Shown here: positions 1-15,506 of the stretch, one piece after another | How positions within the stretch are numbered: the stretch's first letter is position 1 | How the letters are laid out: each line of letters starts with the position of its first letter | DNA from: Octopus bimaculoides | Lineage: Eukaryota | DNA: 48,990 nucleotides | Direction of reading: 5' to 3' | Assembly: GCF_001194135.2 (NCBI RefSeq) | Contig: NC_069001.1 | Location: 8,471,224-8,520,213 of the forward strand | Position numbers and translations under genes: made by a program | Notes under the pieces: model-generated | The model's database searches: none | Seen by the model: only the letters and a program-made list of their open reading frames with translations | Told to the model about the DNA's origin: nothing

Positions 1-39
<39 letters not shown>

Positions 40-623
40 CATACATACATATATATATGCACATATAGGCACACACCTACATATCTATTTATATGTAAAT
101 TCACACACACACAGTTACATAGACATACTCATGTAGCACACAAATAAGAAGTCACATTGACATTTACATCTCCACACATACAGAGGTTGTATACATGTAC
201 ACACACACCATACATAATCCAGTTACATTTGTATCAGTAATAAATATTGTCTTAAAAATGTGTGTTAATTACACTCTTAAAATTTCATAGCTTATTGAAT
301 ATTTCCCACAATATATTTATGGAGTAAAAGCACTATACATATATATATATGACTAGAGAAAGGAGTTCTTTCTCACAGACATGGGCGATATAAAAGTTTG
401 GATGGAAATACATTATCTTATCAAATACTATATTATTAAAACTTAATCCATGGAGGTAACGAATGTGAAAGATATAGAAAGGCTTTAACATGTTTAATAT
501 TAAGATTGTGCTTTCTATGCTGGCATGGGGTTTGACAAGTTGTCAGAGTCGGAGTCATCCTGAAATTGGGAGCCATTGTTTAACTGTTATGACTGATGCT
601 TACATGTATCAGTTTATTAATAC

Positions 624-669
<46 letters not shown>

Positions 670-1442
670 TAAGAAGTTTGCTTCCCAAACACATGGTCCC
701 CTGTTCAATCCCATTGCATGGCACTTTGGGCAAGTGTCTTCCACTCTAGACTCAGACCAAGTAAAGCCTTCTCATGGATATGGTAGACAGAAATTGAAAG
801 AAGGCTTGACCTTCTGAGTTTTTTTACAGGTCTTAGAAAAACTAAAGGACCACTGCAATGAGTGTGTGAATCTGAGGGGAGAATATGTTGAATTAAATCA
901 TAATTATCTGGTCCTCCCGGAACTTTTCAGTAAATCTTGCATTCTGAGGATGCTCCACTTGAAGTTCCTACAGTCACATGTATGAATGGAATACACATAA
1001 ACACTGTGAACTAAAAGTTACATGCACACCTACAACATGAGTGCAAGTTTATCCACACATATACATATGCATACATGAACAAATATATATGCATTCAATC
1101 AACAATCGATTCAGATTTCCATAAAACCCATCAGATTGTCTTAATTTAAACAAAAGAGCCTTGTCACTTTGTCAGTGGCTGGCTAGAATTCTACAAAGGA
1201 GAAAGCTTAAATATATTCTAAAGAAAACTATACACACACACACACACATATTCATACATACATATGAATATATGTACATATAGATGTAGTATATATGTAT
1301 TTCTCTTTCTACACCCACACATGTCTATTGTCTACCTTCAAAACTGCTTAACTTGTCTGTCCTGTATTTTTTGTGTCATTAACAATTTTCATGTTGTTCC
1401 TACACTTCTTGAACTGTCACAGAAAACAATATTTTTATATGA

Positions 1443-1479
<37 letters not shown>

Positions 1480-2180
1480 AGCATATACTCATGCATGTTA
1501 GGCAAAAGCTAAGGAGCAAGCAGGCCAGTCTTTCTTAGCTTCGTCCAGCCCTGTCTGTCCTGTTATTCTCGTAATCACTCACTACCAAATTTGGGCAGTA
1601 CATTAGAAGTTTGTAGACATAGATGGCGTTTGGGTTGCTTGGCTAGTGGGGTGGATGGGCGTGCAGGTGGGCTGCAGTGATGGGGGGGGGGGTTTACCAA
1701 CAAGTGGACAGGTAATGGTTAAGGGAGAGAAGTGTGGGAATAACATATTACAGAAACCAGGCCACATTCACATACATATATTCACATATGTGTGTGTGTG
1801 TGTGTGTGTNNNNNNNNNNNNNNNNNNNNNNNNNNNNNNNNNNNNNNNNNNNNNNNNNNNNNNNNNNNNNNNNNNNNNNNNNNNNNNNNNNNNNNNNNNN
1901 NNNNNNNNNNNNNNNNNNNNNNNNNNNNNNNNNNNNNNNNNNNNNNNNNNNNNNNNNNNNNNNNNNNNNNNNNNNNNNNNNNNNNNNNNNNNNNNNNNNN
2001 NNNNNNNNNNNNNNNNNNNNNNNNNNNNNNNNNNNNNNNNNNNNNNNNNNNNNNNNNNNNNNNNNNNNNNNNNNNNNNNNNNNNNNNNNNNNNNNNNNNN
2101 NNNNNNNNNNNNNNNNNNNNNNNNNNNNNNTATATATGTATAATGTACATACATACCGATAGTTATGCACATACACACAC

Positions 2181-2237
<57 letters not shown>

Positions 2238-3958
2238 TACATACATATACACACAGTTGGGTGGGCGGTGTGTGTATGTGTGTGTGTGTGAAGGAACCAC
2301 CCTTGTCTCTCCAGTTTAGCACCCTGGAAAGATAGCCACAAAACAGTGATTTTTGAATAAAAGCTCACAATGGGATATTTCTCCCACTACTACTACTACC
2401 TCTACTCTCTCTCTCTCTCTCTCTCGCTCTTTCTTTCACTCCGGTATGACTCACAGATAGAAGCACTGAGGTCATGAGAATATTTTGGTCGGTAATAGCA
2501 GGTGACACTGGTGACAGTGAGTTGGCAGAAATATCTTATGGTTATATAGTCTTTTCTATGATATTCGTTGAAATCTAAGCAGGGTGGAAGAGAATGGAGT
2601 GGGGGAGTTCATGTCATCTTGGCCTTTTTTTTATGTTCTTCAATGAACTAACAAAAACTTTACAAGAGGCTGGAAGCATGGCTTTCTCGTTAAGAATGTG
2701 TTTCTGGGTTTTGGTTTCAGTCAGTATCAGGCTCCTTAGGCAAGTATCTTCTACCACAGCCTCAAAGTCTATCAATGGCTTGTGTGTGAAACATGGGATG
2801 ACACCTTTGTACTGCACCAGCAACAACCTTCCAACCTATGGATCTGTTTTGGGTAGTCGTTGCTAGTGAGGGTGCAGTGCAAATCCTACCTCCACCTCTT
2901 TAAGTCGCCTTTTTTTTTCTTTTTTATGACACATTGAGGAAACGTTGGGTCTATTTTTTGGAATGCTGGTCCCCACACAGTACTAAGGTAATGTGAAATA
3001 AAATGTTTTACTCAAGAACACAACATGCTGCACTGTCCAGGAATTGAACCCAAGATCTGGTGGTTGTGAATGTGTCACCCGAACCACTAGACTACATACC
3101 TGTATCAAGGCTCATTTTGTGTGCGTGTGTGCGTGTGTGTATGTGCATGCATGTGTGTGTGTTTGTGCAACAAAACCTCAATAAGCTAAAGATCTTTAAA
3201 TAAGTTTTACCCTAGCAGAATTAGAATCCCTGTGAATGTGAAGAACCATCACACGATAGCAATGCACAATATATTATACGTTTCAAATTTTGGCACAAGG
3301 CCAGCAATTTCAGGTGAGGGGTAAATCAATGACAGTGCTCGATTGGTACATTTTTTTATCAACCCTGAAAGGATGAAAGGCGAAGTCTTTGAACTCAAAA
3401 CATGAAGACGGACAAAATGTCGCTAAGCATTTTGCCCCACGTTGCTAATGATTCTGCCAGCTCACCACCCTGATATATGATATAATATAAAGAACAAAGC
3501 CTCTATAAACCAAAACCCCTTTAACAAGTACAACCCCATGAGAATGAAGGACAACTTAGAATAATGAGTATGCATTTGGAAGAAGCTCTTATTCAAGAAA
3601 AATCCACGAACTGTAGTTTCTTCCTCTCTTTCCCTGCCTAGTTTCAGAGACCTGTAAAAAGATCATGTGTGCCCTAGCTTTTCTCCACTGAATAAGCCAT
3701 AAAACAAAACTAAAATGCATAAAAAAATTGTAAAATGATCCAATCCAGACAAAAGTTTACTGATTACAGAACATTTGAGCTCATGACTAGGATTTGAAGG
3801 TTTGACCACATAATTTAAAGTGAAGTACTTTAATCACACATTTATGGTATCTCACATGTGTCTAAACATTTTTTTCAATCAATACTGGTTTTGAGAAGAG
3901 GATATTTCAAGTGCTCTGGGGGTGGTTTACAGAGGAAAAATGCATCAACAACACAAAC

Positions 3959-4072
3959 CTGTCCGTTGTTTTGGTTAAGTAAAGATTGTACATCATCGTC
4001 TACTATGTCGCAAATCTGATAGAACATCTGACGAAATGGTGGTAGGATATGGGCTCGGAACTTATAAGTACT
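3959..4072 (-). CDS. GTF3C5: GTF3C5 exon [22 protein letters not shown]...NNGQ
   Basis: 114 nt, phase 0-0; acceptor ttttccag, donor CAG|GTTTGT. Confidence 0.92.
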
Positions 4073-4897
4073 CTGGAAAAACAAATGAATAAATATATAG
4101 ACAGATAGTTAAATAGATAGATACATAGATATATAGACAAACAGATGTAGTTCTGACAATGATTTTAAGAAACAGAAGCCATAGTAAAAAGACAATTGTT
4201 ATTATTAGTTGTGGTTAAGCAGCTTGCTTTGCAATCAAATAGCTTCAAGTTCAATCCCTAACTGGTTTCCAAGCAAAGTAAAATTTCCCCATCACCAGAC
4301 ATGGTTTCGCAGAAGATTGGAAATGAATGACATTCATTTACAACATTGCATATCATCACACACACACACACACACACACACACAACAAGCTTCCATCTAC
4401 CAAATCCACTCAGAAGGCTTTGGTCGATCTGAGACTATAGTAGAAGACATGCGCCTAAGGTGCCGTGCAATGGGACTGAACCTGAAACCAAATCGTGTGG
4501 TTAGCCACACACTCATGCCAGTATCTATAGGCACTAAGTATAAATATTTTTAAAAGTTTACTTTTGCTTTGAATGTCCATATTCTCATCTCCTCGTGACA
4601 TATAAACTTATCCCAATCAGCTAACCACTAGGCTACATGGCTTCAAATTATATGATTTAATAAAACAATGAGTTCAACAAAAAGACGTTTTGCATTCTAA
4701 GTGACCTAACCATGTTCCTCATACACACACACACACACAGTTGTTTGGATTCAGGGTTATTTGTGGAACAATCATTATGAAAGCACCCACCCCTAGTGAT
4801 CTGAAACTGCAATAGATGGTATAAGGTATTGTTATGAGATTATATATATATGTGTTTATATTTATATAAAAATATATATATATACACACACACAGAT

Positions 4898-4934
<37 letters not shown>

Positions 4935-5123
4935 GCGAGAGACTTAGGGGTTGAGGATTCAACCCACTAAGGGATAGTATCTATCCAATATACTGCTGGG
5001 AGAGTACCCAATTATTGTTACACTAGAGTTATACCAAGTGCAATAAATGGGAGCGGGTAAAAAGGGGGATATATATATGCATGTATGCATATATGTGTGT
5101 GTATACACACACACGTATACATG

Positions 5124-5157
<34 letters not shown>

Positions 5158-6026
5158 GGATCAATCAGAAGTCAACTCACCAACTCATCATTCACTTTAC
5201 ATGCAAACAAACCAGCCCACACACAAAACCAAACATAAACACAAATTATTCAAACATAGGAAATATATCTAATGCTGTAAAGAAGAAGGGAAATCTCATG
5301 TTTCTGGTAGGAACTGGAGACTTCTGAAAATCCTTCTCCTGAGAAAAAAAAATCTTTTAATTTCAACTGGTTTTGAAGGATATACAAACTAGGATCAGAG
5401 AGAGAGAGACAGAGAGACAAAGGGTTAGGAGGGAGGGTAAGAGATAAGGAAACAGTAAGAAGTATTAGTGGTAGGAGATGTCACTAGTCAGAGAGAGAGA
5501 GGAGAAAATAAAAAAGAATGCAAGCAGATTTCATAATCACTGATGGAGGGAGGGAGGCAGGAAGGTAGAATTAACTAATAAAGAATATACACATACAAGC
5601 AGTAACCAGTAAAGTGACATATGGGGCCATGCACACATTTGCACATAAACACATGCACACATTCCAACAGGTCATAAGCCTAGTTCTTTCATCTGACTCA
5701 TACATATGTATGTAAATATACACATTATCAGGGAAAGAAGAGGAGGATGGGGCAGTGTGGGTGGGGACAAAATGAATTAATGTATGACTTAGAAGTTTCT
5801 TTCCTCCCCCCTCCCCTTCTCCCCATTTATTTATCCATCTATCTACCTGTAATTTTCAGTCTGTCTTTCTACATCTATCTACCAAAGCATCTACCTATCT
5901 CTCTATCTGTCTGTCTGTCTATCTATCTACATAGCTATCTATTTCTTACATCTTTTATTCTTTATCTATTTGTATTTATTGCTATCAATCTGTCTTATTT
6001 TTCATCAATCTGTTTTACTATATCAG

Positions 6027-6076
<50 letters not shown>

Positions 6077-8465
6077 NNNNNNNNNNNNNNNNNNNNNNNN
6101 NNNNNNNNNNNNNNNNNNNNNNNNNNNNNNNNNNNNNNNNNNNNNNNNNNNNNNNNNNNNNNNNNNNNNNNNNNNNNNNNNNNNNNNNNNNNNNNNNNNN
6201 NNNNNNNNNNNNNNNNNNNNNNNNNNNNNNNNNNNNNNNNNNNNNNNNNNNNNNNNNNNNNNNNNNNNNNNNNNNNNNNNNNNNNNNNNNNNNNNNNNNN
6301 NNNNNNNNNNNNNNNNNNNNNNNNNNNNNNNNNNNNNNNNNNNNNNNNNNNNNNNNNNNNNNNNNNNNNNNNNNNNNNNNNNNNNNNNNNNNNNNNNNNN
6401 NNNNNNNNNNNNNNNNNNNNNNNNNNNNNNNNNNNNNNNNNNNNNNNNNNNNNNNNNNNNNNNNNNNNNNNNNNNNNNNNNNNNNNNNNNNNNNNNNNNN
6501 NNNNNNNNNNNNNNNNNNNNNNNNNNNNNNNNNNNNNNNNNNNNNNNNNNNNNNNNNNNNNNNNNNNAAAGAAACAAAAAAACAACAAAGTGAGGACGTG
6601 ATATGGATAGTATTATTGGACGCTCAGGAAAGGAAAGAGAGAGTGTATGACGTTTCGGGCGTAGCCCTTCGTCGGAAAGATGGAAAGTTCGGAGAATGGA
6701 AGAACGGAGAAAGAGGAAAATGGTACCGATGCCCACGAGGTTACATGATGAAAAGACCGGAAGAGGAGGTGGTGGATATATATGTATATATCTAAAGGTT
6801 AAAGACCCCCTTTGGTTATGAATGATACAGATTTTCTATGGCCTGATGCCCTTTCTGTCTCCAATCTTACCAGTTTTCATTCAAACTATCCAACCCATGC
6901 CGACATGGAAAATGGGCGTTAAATAATGATGATGGTGATACATACACACACACACGCATATATATATATATATAAAGAAAGAGTGAAAGAGGTGGGAGAG
7001 CTACATGCATACATGTGTATCCATCAGACTGAGTGTCAACATCTATGTATCTGTCTGTCAAATATGCCTCTGTCATTACACGTATCTATTGGTCAGTCTG
7101 ACCCATTGTAAAACATTGTTAAACATCGTAAAACAAGTAAAACGTTGTTACTGAAAACACACAATGTAAAGACTAAGAACAAGAAAATTACTAATGAGAC
7201 CAATTAGCTAAGAATGCTGGTGGGAAATTACTGGTCAAAGACCTGTAGAGAATTCCGTTCCCACCTGGATAGAAATGCCAATTAAAAGTTAGTCAGGTAA
7301 CATTAACATTGACTATTGTGGTTGATATTTAACCTTGATCCAGTAGACCTATGACGAAGGATGTTCCAGTTCAGGAACTACATTGTCCATTTTGACAATC
7401 ATTTGTGTGTCTGTTATTCTATCATAAAATGTGCTTGTCTCTGATAAAACAAATATGACATAATAGAGAGACTAGGATGTCTCTACAAAACTCCTGTCCA
7501 TGCCATATTTAGAGATGCCAATACTTTCTAGCTGCCCCTGTAGGCTAGTACAGAGACAACCTACTTGTCCAGCAATTTTCACTGCCAGTGCCAATGGACT
7601 GGCTCCTGTGCAGGTGGCACGTAAAATACACCATTTCGAGTGTGGCCGTCGCCAGTACCGCCTGACTGGCCCTCGTGCCGGTGGCAAGTAAAAGCACCCA
7701 CTACACTCTCGGAGTGGTTGGCGTTAGGAAGGGCATCCAGCTGTAGAAACTCTGCCAAATCAGATTGGAGCCTGGTGTCGCCTCCTGGTCCACCAGTCCT
7801 CAGTCAAATCGTCCAACCCATGCTAGCATGGAAAGCGGACATTAAACGACAATGATGATGATGATGACTATGAAGCTTCTGTTTTCAAGCAGTGAAGGGG
7901 GCAAACACATACTCACACATACATATGTATATGTATATGAACTTTAGGTTAGTTAAAATATGTTTGTAATATATTTCAACTTCTGAAATGCAGTTATCAT
8001 GGAGAAAAAATTCTCTCTTACAGTATAAGGTCTAAAAAACATCATATTTGCCCAGTGCTTCCCACTATTGGATTCTCAGATGCAGTGCTTTTGGCTCTTT
8101 AGCCTTCCTCAATGGGAAACACCAACAACGGGTTTTCACCTGCCAAATTCACTCACAAAACATTGGTGTTCCCAAGGCTATAGTAGAAGACACTTGCTTA
8201 AGGTGATGCACAGTAGGACTAAACGCAAAACCATATGGTAGCAAAGCATGCTTCTTAACCCCACTGGCATGCAGAAGTATCCTCTTGTTGTTATTTAGCC
8301 CAGATTATCCATCATACACCAGACCCATGGCCAACACCTTTTATCAAAGGCTTGCTAGTTTAGGGCTGATATGAGGCTCACCAACAACAGTACCAACAAC
8401 TGATGTAAATGTTTAAATTTGCAGACTTGCACAACTAACACAAATAAAAAGTAAAATAAGATTTC

Positions 8466-8499
<34 letters not shown>

Positions 8500-11400
8500 T
8501 AGAGAAGTAAAATGGTGTCCAACCTCTGCTTCTTCTTTTGTACGAGTTGTGGTTTCTCGTTGGTCTTTCCCTGGTAACAGTCCTGACCGGTTGATTGTAG
8601 CAACTTGACCCGTCTGTTTGGTGATTACTGTAGGTAATTTATAACTGAAGGTGCTACGTTTTGCTTTGATGTCAAACCCAGCATTGCCACCACCTATAAG
8701 GGGACAGAGAGAAATTTTATACTGAAAAATATTAAGTTTTAGGTAGACATGTCTAAAGACAATGATAAATGTGCTGAGAGGAAGTTTTACAAAAAGCTAT
8801 GCCCCAGCATAGCTGTAACCCCAAGACTGAGACCAATACAAGAACTAAAAGAAAAACAGTACTTACGTTGTCGAACTCTGAAGTCAACAATCTGATATTT
8901 CTTTGCTGCTGGGTCTTTGCGAGGATCGTAGCCAAACTTTACCCACAGACTGCGCCAAGGTCCTGTGATGAAGTAATAGGCAACCAGCGGGAGAACGTAC
9001 TTCAAGGTGTCACGCCGACAGTCAATAGCACCGCAAATGCCATTCCTTGACCAAATCGGTTTTTGATCGAACAACTGCCAGCAGAGGGAAAATAGGGCCA
9101 CAATGAAAATCACACATAAAGAGGTGGGTGGGAAAGGAGGAGGAGAAAGAAGAAGAAATACATTTGCAAACTCACACAGACAACTACACACATTCTCACA
9201 TGCACAAGCACACTACCAATTATATGCATAGATGCACATATACACACATTCATACATAGGCGCAGGTATGACTGTGTGGTAAGAAGCTTGCTTCCTAACC
9301 ACATGGCTCTAGGTTCAGTCCCATTGTGTGGCACCTTAGACAAGTGTCTTCTACTATAGCTTCAGGCTGACCAAAGTGGATTTAGTAGATGAAAACTGAA
9401 AGAAGCCTGTCCTATATGTATCTTTGTGTCTGTGTTTGTCCCCACCCCATCACCACTTGACAACTGGTGTTGGTGTATTTATGTCCCCGTAACTTGCTGG
9501 TTCGGCAAAAGAGACTGATAGAATAAATACTAGGCTTAAAAAGTAAATCCTGGGGTTGATTTGTTTAACTAAAAACCTTCAAGGCGATGCTCCAGCATGG
9601 CCACAGTCAGATGACTGAAACAAGCAAAAGAATATAAGACTATACACACACACTGTATTCTTTATGGGTTTCAGTCTTTTGACAATAGCTATGATGGTAC
9701 ATCACCACCGTCAAGAAACTTTTAGTTGATCATTTCGACCTCAGTACGTATCTTAATAATCTATATTTATCAAGCAGCCAAACATAAACAAGGCCACACA
9801 CATATTCACACACAGTCATAGTCAGTAGGCTTCTACACAATTTCAATTGACCAAATGCCACTCACAAGGTATAGGTCAATTCAAGGATAGAGAAGAAGAG
9901 ACTTGGCCAAGGTGTTGTGCTGGGGGATTTGAATCTGCAAACACAGGAGTGCAAAACAAGCTTTTATGAGGTAACCTTGACAAGATTTTCTACTATAAGC
10001 TCAGGTTGACCAATATTTCATGAATGAAATTTGGTAAACGGAAGCATGTTGCATGGGAGGGTATGATGCGTGAGAAAGAGAGAGTGAGAGAGTATGTGTG
10101 TGTGTCTGTGCTAGCTGGTTGCTAGACAACAAGAGTGCTGTATAATTAACAAAGCTTTGTTATTTTACAGCCGAGATGCAATCCTCCCATAGACCTTATG
10201 AAGTTAACAGATATGCCTCAGTGTTTCTTCATATGAATTACTACATAGAGACGTGATGTTGTGTGAGAGTGGAAATGCTGTATGGGAGTGAGACATGGTG
10301 TCTGAGGGAGAGATGGCAATTTTGAGAAGGACCAAGAGAGCAATGGTGAGAGATTTGTGTGGAGTGAGGCTGTTTGATAAGAGGACTGAGGACTTGATGG
10401 GGATGCTGGGGTTGGAGGAATCGGTGGAACAGCTGGCAATGGCGAATGAAGTGCAGTGGTATGGGTATTTTGCTTTTTGTTTGTTGGGTCCAGAAAAGAG
10501 AGAAGAGCCCGTGGTTTCTGCAAGCTCTCTGGAACCAGCAAGATTGGTGTTGTTAACATATTCAGTATAAACTATTGAAAGTCAACACTGGCAGGAAGGA
10601 CATGAGCAAGGAAGGAGTTCCAGAAGACCAACATTCTGGGGAGGAAGGACTGGGTGTAGTGATTAGTGTGGGTTCTAAGTGGTTGGACAAAACACGGCTG
10701 AGGAGAAAAATCACAAGTTGTTCAGGAATGCCTATGTGGAAGGGGCACAAGACCAGCCAGCTTCTAGGATTATCATCATCATCATCACCATCATTTAATT
10801 TCTGTATTCCATACTGGCATGGGTTAGATGGTTCAACAGGAACCAACAAGCCAAAGGATTGTGCCAAGCTCCAATGTCTGCTTTGGCATGGCTTCTACAA
10901 CTGGATGCCCTTCTTAATGCCAACCACTTCACAGAGTGTACTGGATACTTTTTTTAAGTGGCACAGGCACTGGTGAGATCACTAAGTAACTCACATGACA
11001 AGACCCCTCAACTGAATAAGTGTATAGTATTGGTGTTAAGAGGTTAAAGCATGATAGACGAACAGGAACGAGTGTCTTGTTGAAGAGGAGATACATGAAG
11101 TCTCCAGTTGGAAAGAGACAGAAAGGGAAGGTGAGGGCATACCCTCAAAGGACAAGGGGAATATAAGAGAGAGAATAGGGATAGTGAGTTTATGTGATGA
11201 GGTGGGTGGGGCAAATGATAAAAATCTTCCAGATGCTGGGGATTTCTCACTAACCTCTCGAAGCCTTTGTTCAAGGTTTGGATTCTTTACTTTGGCTCGC
11301 AGGGTTGCTTCAGCACCACTCATTGATTCTGACGGAATTGTCTTGTCCTCAAAATTTACAAATATTGTGTGACGAGATCGTCTTTGCCTGGCTAGAATAC

Positions 11401-14400
11401 CAAAGAAGAAGGAAGAAAATAAATCAAGAATTGAATACAGGAAGAAAGATAATCATTACCACATTTTTTTTTTTTTTATCATTAGCACTTCTATTATCAT
11501 CATCAGCAGTAGCATTAATATAATCATCATCAGCACTACTACTAAACTCATTAATTTCATCATTAACATCAGTCATCCTCATCATCATTATCATCAACCT
11601 CATGAGAACCACTATAATCATCATCATCATCATCATCAACAGCACTATTATCACCATTACCACTATTATAATTATCATTAGTACCACTCTCATTAACAGC
11701 ACTATTATCATATCATTAACACTATGTTCACAACATTATTAACACCACAATAAACATCGTCATCACCACCACTGTTATCATTATCATTAACATCACTATC
11801 ATTATCATCATAATTAGCAATATTATCATCTAGAACTGCATGATCCAAAATGCTATATTTACTTTAAGATGATAGTGAGAAAGGAGGAAGATTTGGCTGC
11901 TATTTCTAGCGAGTCAAGTTACCATGTAGAGATATCTTTTTTGATTTGATGCTGTTGTTGTTATCTCCAGAATTAGCCCTAATCAAACAGACCTATGATG
12001 AAAGACATTCCAGCTGTGGCCATTCCAGTTATTATTATTTTTTTTTTTTTTTTGCATGGAACCTTGAGCCACACATTATCTAGTGTTTCCTTTCCTAACA
12101 CAGTAAGATGTAATTTGAAGAAGGATTTGGCTATTATTTTTAACAAGTCAAATGACTCCAGAGAAGCTACTGTGTCAGCTTGATGCTGTTGTAGCAGCAG
12201 TTATTTAACCCTAAGTGAGCTATCTTCAAAGGCAGATCTATATTCAAAGGTATTCCACCTGTTATCATCTCACGTTTTTCAGGAAGCCTAAGACCACCAC
12301 ATTATCTAACATGTCATTTCACTCTCTAGGATATTTAACTATTTATTACTCCTCATAGCTTTCACTCCTCATGGATTATAGCTGAGTCAATGGAGAAGAG
12401 ATACAAGTAGATGAAATCTCCAAGCAGTTTAAATGCACAAGTCTCTGATATCCAAGTGGCTAAAAAGTGTCAACAGAAGGGCACCCAGTAGTCATGACCT
12501 GGATATGGCCCAGCCCTTTCAAAGTGTAAGAACTTAAGAGCCAAAACACTTGCCTGAGGTGAGGGTTCTTCTCTGAAGACTTGCTGTTTAGCTCTCTTGA
12601 GAGTTTTTTACCACTACTATTCATTATTTAAACTTTTCACTTCTCATGGACTACAGGCCATTGATGACCTTTTTTCACACTGTTCTTGACCATGGGCTGA
12701 CCTCTCCCACAGCTTATTGGTTTTAAAATGTTGTCAGTGCTTCTGTAACTCTGCTTTTTTTTTCTACATAGGGGTTTTGGCTCTACACAAACCCATTTTT
12801 ACGTCTGGGAAGAGGGAGATACATATCAGTCTTGCTGCTATCCTTTGACCTGTTCACCATGGGAGGCCCTACCAGGAGATTGAACTCTGCTGGTACATCT
12901 CGCAGGATCACTGAGGAACACAAGCCATCACACCTCAACAAGGATTAAGACCTAGGATGACAGTTTGAGGGATTTTTGGCTGTTCAATCTGGATGTTTCC
13001 TCACTGATTTGACACTGTTGTAGTAGTTAGTGTTCAGAGATGTTATAAATACGTCTGAGCTGAGTGAAGGGATAAATATTATTAGGATGATGTTCTAGGA
13101 TGTATCTGGGTGAATACGGAATAGCTAGCATATCTGAATGGTGGTGTAGTAGTGAACAAGGTTATTCTGTTTGTATACATAGTAAGAGGAACTATGTGCA
13201 CTGGAATTTGCTACAGCAACCAACATCCAGGTGGGATCTCAAAGTAGTATTGTTTTATTGTTTATTCTGTTATATAAAATAAATATTAATTTTTATATAA
13301 GCACAATGTCTCTAAGTTGTTACTGGAACCGTCTAAGGATGAATCGGACTGCAGTACAGTACGGACGAAAAATGAAAATAATGTGAAATACAAAAGTGTA
13401 TGAAATGACAAATGAAAACTGCCTCAATCAAACACAAAATAAAAAAAAAATTTTAATTCAAGGGAATTAAAGAAGCTACAAAATTTTAAGAGTTGCGTTT
13501 CTTGAGCGGTTAATCTATCTGCTGAAACGAAATAATAAAATATATAAATTTTCCTATCCATTTCTGATCGTTTGACCTACCAGAATTAGCAGCACGTAAA
13601 AAGCACCGTTCGAGCGTAGACGATGCCAATGCCGCCTGATTGCCACCCACCCCCGCCGTGCCGCTGGTACATAAAAAAGCATCCACTACACTCCCGGAGT
13701 GTTTGGCGTTAGGAAGGGCATCCAGCCGTAGAAACCTTGCCAGATCAGATTGGAGCCTGGCGCAGTCCTCAGTCAAACCGTCTAACCCATGCCAGCAAGG
13801 AAAGCGGGCGTTAAACGATGATGATAATGATGATCTCTCAAATCATCTCTAACTTAAAAATAAAAAGGAACAACACCTTGGACAATGTAGTCATATATAT
13901 GTTATACTTTTTTATTAAAGCTAAAAATAAATTTTTAAAACAGCATTACTCTACCTCCGGTATTCGAATCCTATTTTTTTCCACCTTGTTCTGCATTTAT
14001 GCGCTTACTCATGTATATATTTGTAATATATACATAAGTAGGATTGTTGTGTTAAATATGACCGAGTGACAAATTTCAGGGAGATAACTCCCCGTCATCG
14101 AGTCGGTCAAAAAATATATTGATTCATAGCTTAGGCACAATACCAAGTATTTGGCTGAGAAAAAGGCGAAGCTAATTATAGTTGACCCCAGAAGGATGAA
14201 AAGCAAAACCAACTGCTTCATCTGGAATTAAAACTCAACTTAATGCCTGAGGCTTTTCGTCCTATCATTCACTTCTGCAAAATTACCACAAGATAGATAA
14301 CTCATACGAGTATAATCAAAAATAGCTGAGGGGAGAGGAGTACAGGGATGGTTGTTTATGGATCCCAGAAGTACTTGAAAAACAAAATCGCCAGAATTTT

Positions 14401-15472
14401 AACTTTGAATGTAAAGGGGTATAATTGATTACTGCAAAGCATTAAAAAGGTCGCTCTACTACGTCTGCCACCCACCATATAATGAGACAGTCTCTAAACA
14501 GTCAGTTGGATTGGTCAGGAAAGGAAGGGCAGCACTCATGGCCCTTCATTTTTTTTTCAGATCCTCAAAGACTAGGTGAACAAAGGAAGAGAATTATCCC
14601 CGAACCACAGATCTCGCCAAAGTGCTTGCAATAAATTGATAAAGGCACCAGGTAGTGATGTTGAACGAGGCAACAGGATACATCTACCAGCCCTGAATCC
14701 AGAACGTAAAGTGCTAAGGTAAGAAGCTTGCTTCCCAGCCACATGGTTCTGGGTTCAGGGCTTGCATGGAACGGATGGTTTCACAGGAGCTGGCAAGCCA
14801 GAGAGCTGCACCAGGCTCTGATTGTTTGTTCGACACACCCTTCCTAACTCCAGGGTGTACTGGGTGTTTTTTTACATGAGACCAGCACCAGGGATTTTTA
14901 CCATGTTAAAGAGAAAAAAGAATATTTACCTGTCCCAATTAGATGACTTGGACGTTGATCTTGGGGATTTACAAAGCCAGAACGATGTTGCATCTCAGAT
15001 CTGTAGAGGTATTCCATGGGTGTATCCATACGGGAGAATATAATAGGTGGCAGGAATAAAGGGACATCGACTTTAAGCCAGTCTTTAACGTCTTCTGGTG
15101 ACTTGACAACCAATTTGTCAAATATACTGGTAAATGTCTTTGCTTCATTCTCACCAGTTGAATGTGATATCATTGGTAAATATTGAAAGTCTACCATACC
15201 TGCAAAATGTTTAATATTTCAACCAGTCTTATACATATACATATATGCATAGGTTACTATTCCATTAAGATAAGATTCCAACAATACTATTCCAACAAAA
15301 TAAGCGCTCTGTCCAGTGAGAGATAAATAGCATTATAAAGATAAAGGCTAATGGTAGTTTCTTGCTGTAAAAACACATGGCTAGACAGGGTTTTATAATG
15401 TGCCCTGTATCTTCAAGCTCTGAGAAACTATTAATAGTTCTTATCTTTATATTGTGTACATTAAATGATATA

Positions 15473-15506
<34 letters not shown>

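Noticed and set aside
2291-2323. Possible next GTF3C5 exon GAKLERQGWF on the minus strand after tatctttccag, resembling the ERDGW motif
   Set aside because: It lacks the conserved Cys, has no convincing donor and runs straight into (CA)n. The true 3' exons are probably in gap 1810-2130 or left of the window.
2614-2826. 70-aa minus-strand ORF as a GTF3C5 exon
   Set aside because: No family similarity; it contains a SINE A segment (gtagaagatacttgcctaagg).
5281-5342. Strong minus-strand acceptor (ttttttttctcag) suggesting an extra GTF3C5 exon
   Set aside because: No suitable donor, and the flanking exons already join without a gap relative to the known protein (KEEAE-STYKF).
14561-14718. Apparent antisense exon with a strong acceptor (tttttttcag) and donor (AAG|GTAAGA)
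   Set aside because: All three frames contain stops and the donor belongs to a SINE A head; no independent support.
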